Virus record (IMG/VR): IMGVR_UViG_2744054912_000005
DNA from: a virus
Lineage: Duplodnaviria; Heunggongvirae; Uroviricota; Caudoviricetes
DNA: 12,167 nt
Reading direction: 5' to 3' (one strand)
Shown: piece by piece, positions 6,968-12,167 of the stretch
Numbering within the stretch: the stretch's first letter is position 1
Layout: the number at the start of each line of letters is the position of its first letter
Notes under the pieces: model-generated
Database searches by the model: none
The model's input: only the letters and a program-made list of their open reading frames with translations
Told to the model about the DNA's origin: nothing
Position numbers and translations under genes: made by a program

Positions 6968-7174
6968 ATGCACAAAACAGAACCCAAAATCGTCGCGCCT
7001 GGCTACACAGATGAGGAAATTTATGAGTGGATGACAAAGAAGCTGGCAGCTATAAACCAGCTTCGTGAAGTGCTGTCTTATCGACAGGAAACAATAGACT
7101 CCTTAAAAAAACTGGATCAGGAAATCACGGTTTTATCACAGGATGTTACTTTAGATATTGTGCAGACAAATTAG
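6968..7174 (+). CDS. Hypothetical 68-aa protein (first gene of the early-left transcript); no recognisable domain
   Basis: ATG at 6968 preceded by GAGGAG at 6955-6960; the TTG at 6953 in the ORF track is a less likely start. Predicted helical, charged protein MHKTEPKIVAPGYTDEEIYEWMTKKLAAINQLREVL... in an AT-rich segment. Confidence 0.55.
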   Translation: MHKTEPKIVAPGYTDEEIYEWMTKKLAAINQLREVLSYRQETIDSLKKLDQEITVLSQDVTLDIVQTN

Positions 7175-7580
7175 GATCCCATTCATTTTCGTCAAAATCA
7201 TCAAAGTGATGAATTTGTGATCTCCAGTCTCGATAATCTAAAAATTTCTGGGCGGTTACGCTTATTTTATCAAGTGTGAGTTCATCCTGAATTGAAAGAA
7301 GAAGTTCATCAAATTTCATCTCATTAATCTGTTTTGGCATCCAGTGATGCTTCATCAGAATAAGGTGAACCAGAGCCTTTTTCCCATTCAATTGATTATA
7401 GGGAGTGCCGAATTTCTTCCGGTGCTCATGTAAGACAAGGTCCAAAAGAGTAAGTAATGTTGCCCTTGATTCAACTTTGCTTATTTCGACTGATGACACT
7501 ACCCCACTGATTTCAATGCCCCGATACTTTCCAACATTTTCACAGTGGGATTTGTACAGCGTATAGATATTACCGGACAT
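7146..7580 (-). CDS. Hypothetical 144-aa protein, antisense to the early-left transcript; no recognisable domain
   Basis: ATG at 7580 with RBS AAGGA upstream. AT-rich. The 3' end overlaps the convergent 68-aa gene by 29 bp (7146-7174). Soluble, with no transmembrane segment evident. Confidence 0.55.
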   Translation of the reverse strand: MSGNIYTLYKSHCENVGKYRGIEISGVVSSVEISKVESRATLLTLLDLVLHEHRKKFGTPYNQLNGKKALVHLILMKHHWMPKQINEMKFDELLLSIQDELTLDKISVTAQKFLDYRDWRSQIHHFDDFDENEWDPNLSAQYLK

Positions 7581-7595
7581 TTCTTTTCCTTTTGC

Positions 7596-7645
7596 GTTGT
7601 TGGGGATAACCAGATTAACCGAATCCTTGTTGTTGGGGAATAACT
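7596..7645. repeat. Two direct copies of a 15-16-bp motif (GTTGTTGGGGATAAC / GTTGTTGGGGAATAAC) upstream of the 144-aa gene
   Basis: Seen directly at 7596-7610 and 7630-7645, spacing 34 bp, within 20-65 bp upstream of the 7580 start codon on the minus strand. Confidence 0.5.
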
Positions 7646-7864
7646 AGGTCCACCTCGCCTGATGTGGCTAAAAGCAGGCACATAACAGCTAAGTATTTTC
7701 AACCAGAGAGAATCCTTAGCGTTGTGGTGAATGCGGCTCAGCGCACGCGGGTTAAGGTTGAGGCTGACAGTCGACCTTCTGTGGATACCCACCCGCCTGG
7801 TGTGCAACCTTCGCCAGGCACCGGGAGGCACCCGGCACCACAACTTTATGCTGTGTGTAGTCCT

Positions 7865-7912
7865 GGCGGTACCAGTTTGTACCCTTGCTTCCGGCTGGTA
7901 CCGTCCTTTTTA
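7865..7912 (+). terminator. Intrinsic terminator-like hairpin with T-run at the end of a GC-rich non-coding stretch
   Basis: CGGTACCAG (7867-7875) pairs perfectly with CTGGTACCG (7895-7903), extendable to 7865/7905, followed by CTTTTTA (7906-7912). The 19-nt loop contains further GTACC self-complementarity. Confidence 0.55.
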
Positions 7913-8000
7913 CAAAACAGAGAAGAGCATCACCGGACGACGGGCTCATAACCCAATCCATCCGGGCGGCTGCCACCGCAGGTGTTCTTCTCTGTTTTGT
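7912..8000 (+). other. Long hairpin / inverted repeat: 18-bp stem (17 Watson-Crick pairs plus 1 G-U) enclosing a ~50-nt GC-rich loop
   Basis: ACAAAACAGAGAAGAGCA (7912-7929) is complementary to TGTTCTTCTCTGTTTTGT (7983-8000) with a single G-T wobble. It lies in non-coding sequence between the terminator-like hairpin and the YfdR-like gene. Confidence 0.5.
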
Positions 8001-8124
8001 GGAGAAACTAACCGCCCCTACGGGGGCATTTATGGAAATGTAATTGACTCAATAATCGCCGGACGGTGATGGCTTCCTTTTACCCGAATTCAGCGCGGTG
8101 CAGCGCATATACGTGGAGAACAAA

Positions 8125-8661
8125 ATGTCATTTATTAAAACTTTTTCCGGGAAGCATTTTTATTATGACAGGATAAATAAAGACGACATCGTTATTAACG
8201 ATATCGCGGTTTCCCTTTCAAATATCTGTCGCTTTGCAGGACATCTTTCACACTTCTACAGTGTCGCCCAACATGCGGTGCTTTGCAGCCAGCTGGTGCC
8301 GCAGGAATTTGCTTTTGAAGCTTTAATGCATGATGCAACAGAAGCATATTGCCAGGACATCCCCGCACCACTGAAACGACTTCTTCCTGACTATAAACGG
8401 ATGGAAGAAAAAATAGACGCCGTAATCCGTGAGAAATACGGGTTACCTCCTGTTATGAGCACGCCAGTGAAATATGCCGATCTCATTATGCTGGCAACCG
8501 AACGCCGCGATCTCGGGCTTGATGATGGCTCTTTCTGGCCTGTGCTGGAAGGTATCCCGGCAACAGAGATGTTCAACGTGATTCCACTGGCTCCAGGCCA
8601 TGCCTACGGGATGTTTATGGAACGCTTTAACGAATTATCGGAGTTACGCAAATGCGCATGA
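8125..8661 (+). CDS. yfdR: HD-domain phosphohydrolase, YfdR-like 5'-deoxynucleotidase
   Basis: 178-aa ORF from ATG 8125 (GGAG RBS 7 nt upstream) with the HD-domain motifs H...HD (HFYSVAQHAVL...ALMHDATEAY). The sequence closely matches my recollection of E. coli CPS-53 prophage YfdR (MSFIKTFSGKHFYYD...). Confidence 0.75.
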   Translation: MSFIKTFSGKHFYYDRINKDDIVINDIAVSLSNICRFAGHLSHFYSVAQHAVLCSQLVPQEFAFEALMHDATEAYCQDIPAPLKRLLPDYKRMEEKIDAVIREKYGLPPVMSTPVKYADLIMLATERRDLGLDDGSFWPVLEGIPATEMFNVIPLAPGHAYGMFMERFNELSELRKCA

Positions 8662-9014
8662 ATGTTTTCGAAATGGAAGGGTTTCTTCGTGGGAGATGTG
8701 TACCGCGAGATCTGAAAGTGAATGAAACGGATGCTGAATACCTGGTGCGTAAATTCGATGCGCTTGAAGCTAAATGTGCAGCACAGGAAAACAAAGTAAT
8801 ACCAGTGTCAACTGAACTGCCACCAGCAAATGAAAGTGTTTTGTTATTCGATGCTAACGGAGAAGGCTGGCTAATTGGCTGGCGTTCTCTCTGGTACACC
8901 TGGGGACAAAAAGAAACCGGAGAATGGCAGTGGACATTTCAGGTCGGGGACCTTGAAAACGTCAATATCACTCACTGGGCAGTAATGCCAAAAGCACCGG
9001 AGGCTGGAGCATAA
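8652..9014 (+). CDS. Hypothetical phage protein (YfdS-like, possibly DUF551)
   Basis: 120-aa ORF overlapping the YfdR-like stop, with GGAG RBS; Trp-rich C-terminus (GEGWLIGWRSLWYTWGQKETGEWQW). Same size and position as YfdS next to YfdR in CPS-53. Confidence 0.55.
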   Translation: MRMNVFEMEGFLRGRCVPRDLKVNETDAEYLVRKFDALEAKCAAQENKVIPVSTELPPANESVLLFDANGEGWLIGWRSLWYTWGQKETGEWQWTFQVGDLENVNITHWAVMPKAPEAGA

Positions 9015-9319
9015 TGACCACTTTTACCGACAAAGAACTGATTAAAGAAATTAAAGAGCGTATCAGCAGCCTTGACGTGCGAGACGATATTGAGCGCCGT
9101 GCTTATGAAATCGCACTCCTATCTCTGGAAGTAGAACCAGATGAACGCGAAGCTTATGAATTATTCATGGAAAAGCGTTTTGGTGACTTAGTAGATCGTC
9201 GGAGAGCAAAAAACGGCGATAACGAATACATGGCATGGGATATGACTCTCGGTTGGATCGTCTGGCAGCAACGAGCTGGTATCCATTTCTCAACAATGTC
9301 ACAGCAAGAGGTGAAATAA
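9014..9319 (+). CDS. Hypothetical phage protein (YfdT-like)
   Basis: 101-aa ORF whose ATG overlaps the upstream stop as TAATG, with GGAGG RBS. Size and synteny match YfdT. Confidence 0.5.
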   Translation: MTTFTDKELIKEIKERISSLDVRDDIERRAYEIALLSLEVEPDEREAYELFMEKRFGDLVDRRRAKNGDNEYMAWDMTLGWIVWQQRAGIHFSTMSQQEVK

Positions 9320-9669
9320 TGGAGCCATACAGCCTCACACTCGATGAGGCCTGTCATTTTCTCAAGATATCCAGACCGACTGCCATTAACTGGATACGCA
9401 CAGGGCGTCTTCAGGCAACACGCAAAGATCCCACTAAGAATAAATCTCCTTACCTCACAACACGACAAGCCTGCATTGCGGCTCTTCAGTCTCCGCTGCA
9501 TACTGTCCAGGTGAGCGCGGGTGATGGCATAACAGAGGAAAGAAAATGTCACTCTTCCGCAGAGGTGAAATATGGTACGCCAGTTTCACATTGCCGAACG
9601 GTAAAAGATTTAAACAGTCTCTTGGAACAAAGGACAAAAGGCAGGCGACAGAACTCCATGACAAGCTAA
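9319..9669 (+). CDS. Excisionase / AlpA-family HTH DNA-binding protein (Xis-like)
   Basis: ATG at 9319 overlaps the upstream TAA. The N-terminal [26 protein letters not shown] is a typical excisionase/AlpA HTH motif. Open to 9669, overlapping the integrase start by ~124 nt in another frame. Confidence 0.6.
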   Translation: MEPYSLTLDEACHFLKISRPTAINWIRTGRLQATRKDPTKNKSPYLTTRQACIAALQSPLHTVQVSAGDGITEERKCHSSAEVKYGTPVSHCRTVKDLNSLLEQRTKGRRQNSMTS

Positions 9670-10709
9670 AGGCTGAAGCATGGCGGGTCAGCAAACTTGG
9701 TGAAATACCTGATATAACGTTCGAGGAAGCGTGTGTCAGGTGGCTTGAAGAGAAAGCACATAAAAAATCACTGGACGATGACAAAAGCCGGATCGGATTC
9801 TGGCTTCAACATTTCGCAGGAATGCAACTAAGAGACATTACTGAATCAAAAATTTATTCAGCAATGCAGAAAATGACGAACCGGCGTCATGAGGAAAACT
9901 GGAAACTCAGGGCAGAAGCATGCAGAAAAAAAGGGAAACCTGTTCCAGAATACACGCCAAAACCAGCGTCCGTTGCAACGAAGGCTACGCATCTTTCATT
10001 TATAAAGGCCCTACTAAGAGCCGCAGAGCGTGAATGGAAAATGCTGGATAAGGCACCAATTATTAAAGTGCCTCAACCAAAGAATAAACGGATCCGCTGG
10101 CTGGAGCCCCATGAAGCACAAAGGCTGATTGATGAATGTCCGGAGCCATTAAAGTCTGTTGTTGAATTTGCACTGGCAACAGGCTTAAGACGCTCGAACA
10201 TCATCAACCTTGAATGGCAACAAATAGATATGCAGCGCCGGGTGGCATGGATAAACCCGGAAGAGAGTAAATCAAACCGCGCAATTGGCGTTGCGCTGAA
10301 TGATACTGCATGTCGCGTATTGAAAAAACAAATCGGGAATCATCACCGTTGGGTATTTGTGTACAAGGAAAGCTGTACCAAACCAGACGGAACGAAAGCG
10401 CCAACAGTAAGGAAGATGCGGTATGACGCAAACACAGCCTGGAAAGCGGCGCTGAGACGGGCTGGTATTGATGATTTCAGATTTCACGACTTGAGACACA
10501 CCTGGGCAAGTTGGCTGGTTCAAGCCGGAGTCCCGTTGTCAGTGTTACAGGAAATGGGAGGCTGGGAGTCTATCGAAATGGTTCGTCGATATGCTCACCT
10601 TGCACCTAATCACCTTACCGAACACGCACGGCAAATAGACTCGATCCTGAACCCATCGGTCCCAAATTTGTCCCAGTCAAAAAATAAGGAAGGTACTAAT
10701 GATGTGTAA
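9546..10709 (+). CDS. Tyrosine site-specific integrase (lambda-family)
   Basis: 387-aa ORF with the typical N-terminus [34 protein letters not shown] and C-terminal catalytic region [11 protein letters not shown]...[15 protein letters not shown] (Arg, His-x-x-Arg, Tyr). RBS GAGGAAA. The 3' end abuts the tRNA 3' end. Confidence 0.9.
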   Translation: MSLFRRGEIWYASFTLPNGKRFKQSLGTKDKRQATELHDKLKAEAWRVSKLGEIPDITFEEACVRWLEEKAHKKSLDDDKSRIGFWLQHFAGMQLRDITESKIYSAMQKMTNRRHEENWKLRAEACRKKGKPVPEYTPKPASVATKATHLSFIKALLRAAEREWKMLDKAPIIKVPQPKNKRIRWLEPHEAQRLIDECPEPLKSVVEFALATGLRRSNIINLEWQQIDMQRRVAWINPEESKSNRAIGVALNDTACRVLKKQIGNHHRWVFVYKESCTKPDGTKAPTVRKMRYDANTAWKAALRRAGIDDFRFHDLRHTWASWLVQAGVPLSVLQEMGGWESIEMVRRYAHLAPNHLTEHARQIDSILNPSVPNLSQSKNKEGTNDV

Positions 10710-10723
10710 CTTATTGATTTAAA

Positions 10724-10799
10724 TGGTGCCGATAATAGGAGTCGAACCTACGACCTTCGCATTACGAATGCGCTGCTCTACCAACTGAGCTATATCGGC
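10724..10799 (-). tRNA. thrW: tRNA-Thr (anticodon CGU)
   Basis: Minus-strand sequence GCCGATATAGCTCAGTTGGTAGAGCAGCGCATTCGTAATGCGAAGGTCGTAGGTTCGACTCCTATTATCGGCACCA folds as a cloverleaf with anticodon loop TTCGTAA (CGU), T-loop GGTTCGACTCC and 3' CCA. It sits beside proA as thrW does in E. coli. Confidence 0.9.
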
Positions 10800-10913
10800 C
10801 CTGAAAGGACATGTTCACGAACGTGAATCACGGTGGACAAGGTTAAAACTAACCGGGCGATGCGTCAATGGCCTTGTGAATCAAATGGCTACTTTTGCAT
10901 CACCCGGTTTTAT

Positions 10914-12167
10914 TTACGCACGAATGGTGTAATCACCAATGCCGATCCACTTGTAAGTGGTCAGTGCTTCCAGCCCCATTGGGCCACGCGCGTGGAGTTT
11001 TTGTGTGCTTACCGCCACTTCCGCACCCAGTCCAAACTGGCCGCCGTCGGTAAAACGCGTAGAGGCGTTAACGTAAACAGCGGACGAATCCACTTCGTTA
11101 ACAAAACGCTGGGCGTTGCGCATATCGCGGGTCAGGATCGCATCGGAGTGTTGTGTGCCGTGTTCACGAATATGGGCGATGGCATCGTCAAGATCACTGA
11201 CGATTTTGACGTTCAAATCTAATGACAGAAACTCATCGTCATACTCTTCCGCTTTAACAGCCACCACCTTCGCGGGGCCTGTCTGCAACTGCGCCAGCGC
11301 AGCTGCATCTGCGTGTAATGCCACGCCGCTTTCCTCCATTTGTTTGCTTAATGCGGGCAGGAAGCTATCGGCGATGTTTTTATTCACCAGCAACGTTTCT
11401 ACCGTATTACATGTGCTCGGACGCTGAGTTTTCGCGTTGACGATCACTTTTAATGCTTCAGCAATCTCTACACTTTCATCAACATAAATATGGCATACGC
11501 CTATACCACCTGTGATCACCGGGATCGTCGACTGTTCGCGGCACAGTTTATGCAAACCAGCGCCACCACGCGGGATCAGCATGTCGATGTATTTATCCAT
11601 ACGCAGCATTTCACTGACCAGCGCACGGTCAGGATTATCAATCGCCTGCACGGCACCCGCCGGTAAGCCGCAGGATTTCAGGGCGTCCTGAATCACCGCC
11701 ACCGTTGCAGCGTTAGTGCGACACGTTTCTTTGCCACCGCGCAGGATCACCGCATTACCGGTTTTCAGGCACAGCGAAGCGACATCAACCGTCACGTTCG
11801 GGCGCGCTTCATAAATCACGCCAATAACCCCCAGCGGTACGCGACGACGCTCAAGACGCAGGCCGCTGTCCAGTACGCCGCCATCGATTACCTGCCCCAC
11901 CGGATCGGCGAGGTTGCACACCTGACGTACATCGTCGGCAATGCCTTTCAGCCGTGCGGGCGTCAGTGCCAGACGGTCAAGCATCGCTTCGCTAAGGCCA
12001 TTGGCTCGCGCGTCAGCAACATCCTGGGCGTTAGCGTTGAGGATGATTTCGCTTTGTGCTTCCAGTTCATCGGCGATTTTTTCCAGCACGCGATTTTTTT
12101 CGCGGCTGGAGAGTTGCGCTAATTTATACGAGGCTTGCTTCGCGGCAATGCCCATTTGTTCCAGCAT
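10914..12167 (-). CDS. proA: Glutamate-5-semialdehyde dehydrogenase (gamma-glutamyl phosphate reductase) ProA
   Basis: 417-aa ORF whose translation ([80 protein letters not shown]...) matches E. coli ProA essentially throughout. The ATG start falls exactly at the right window edge (12165-12167). Confidence 0.95.
   Translation of the reverse strand: MLEQMGIAAKQASYKLAQLSSREKNRVLEKIADELEAQSEIILNANAQDVADARANGLSEAMLDRLALTPARLKGIADDVRQVCNLADPVGQVIDGGVLDSGLRLERRRVPLGVIGVIYEARPNVTVDVASLCLKTGNAVILRGGKETCRTNAATVAVIQDALKSCGLPAGAVQAIDNPDRALVSEMLRMDKYIDMLIPRGGAGLHKLCREQSTIPVITGGIGVCHIYVDESVEIAEALKVIVNAKTQRPSTCNTVETLLVNKNIADSFLPALSKQMEESGVALHADAAALAQLQTGPAKVVAVKAEEYDDEFLSLDLNVKIVSDLDDAIAHIREHGTQHSDAILTRDMRNAQRFVNEVDSSAVYVNASTRFTDGGQFGLGAEVAVSTQKLHARGPMGLEALTTYKWIGIGDYTIRA

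Noticed and set aside
6968-7174. The 68-aa first early-left gene as a lambda N-like antiterminator
   Set aside because: The N-terminus is acidic (YTDEEIYEW) with no arginine-rich motif; Arg content is low overall.
7596-7663. CRISPR mini-array or type III toxin-antitoxin (ToxIN-like) RNA repeats
   Set aside because: Only two copies of a 15-16-bp motif; the intervening and following sequences are unrelated, so these are not tandem 34-36-nt units. The repeats are upstream of, not on the same transcript as, a downstream toxin. No cas genes are present.
7656-7675. Hammerhead-ribozyme core (CUGAUG motif at about 7656)
   Set aside because: Only a partial CUGAUG match, without the paired GAAA element and three-stem arrangement; likely chance.
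7650-8000. Retron msr/msd ncRNA (long stem hairpin and structured GC-rich RNA)
   Set aside because: No reverse-transcriptase-sized ORF anywhere in the window, and no recognisable a1/a2 inverted repeats flanking the region; the structured-RNA call is kept but not the retron assignment.
7499-8069. ORFs predicted in the GC-rich region (7499..7843 -, 7664..7951 +, 7731..8069 +, 7752..7976 -)
   Set aside because: Translations are Arg/Pro/Gly/Ser-rich low-complexity sequences typical of random frames in GC-rich DNA. They overlap each other on both strands and lack RBS/start context.
10800-10913. Palindrome TTCACGAACGTGAA (about 10812-10826) between the tRNA and proA as a mobile-element or att feature
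   Set aside because: It lies on the chromosomal side, in the expected tRNA promoter/leader and proA terminator region; more likely a host regulatory or terminator element than a prophage feature.
10833-11427. Plus-strand ORFs 10833..11222 and 11116..11427 overlapping proA
   Set aside because: Antisense to proA, whose translation matches ProA across its full length.

Overview
This window is the right-hand end of a lambdoid-type prophage integrated at a tRNA-Thr gene next to chromosomal proA; everything left of about 10720 is prophage. The most interesting part is a short accessory locus (about 6680-8100) between the cI repressor and the early-left genes, holding two unrecognisable convergent genes and a GC-rich, highly structured non-coding stretch. 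Layout, left to right: the terminal ~125 bp of an IS3-family element, whose inverted repeat supplies the stop codon of the neighbouring phage gene; a tightly coupled minus-strand operon (HNH-motif protein, KilA-N protein, RusA, LexA-like DNA-binding protein, Dam-type methyltransferase, PerC-like protein, O-like replication initiator with internal iterons, a small possibly frameshifted gene, CII/YdaT-like protein, Cro-like protein); a divergent OR region; a CI repressor with terminator; an OL/PL region with the same TTGC-N7-GCAA operator motif; an rrn-type boxA; the accessory locus; then plus-strand YfdR/YfdS/YfdT-like genes, excisionase and tyrosine integrase; then the tRNA and proA. No N-like antiterminator, helicase loader or exo/bet recombination genes are visible. 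All calls rest on reading the sequence and on remembered family signatures; no database search was run.
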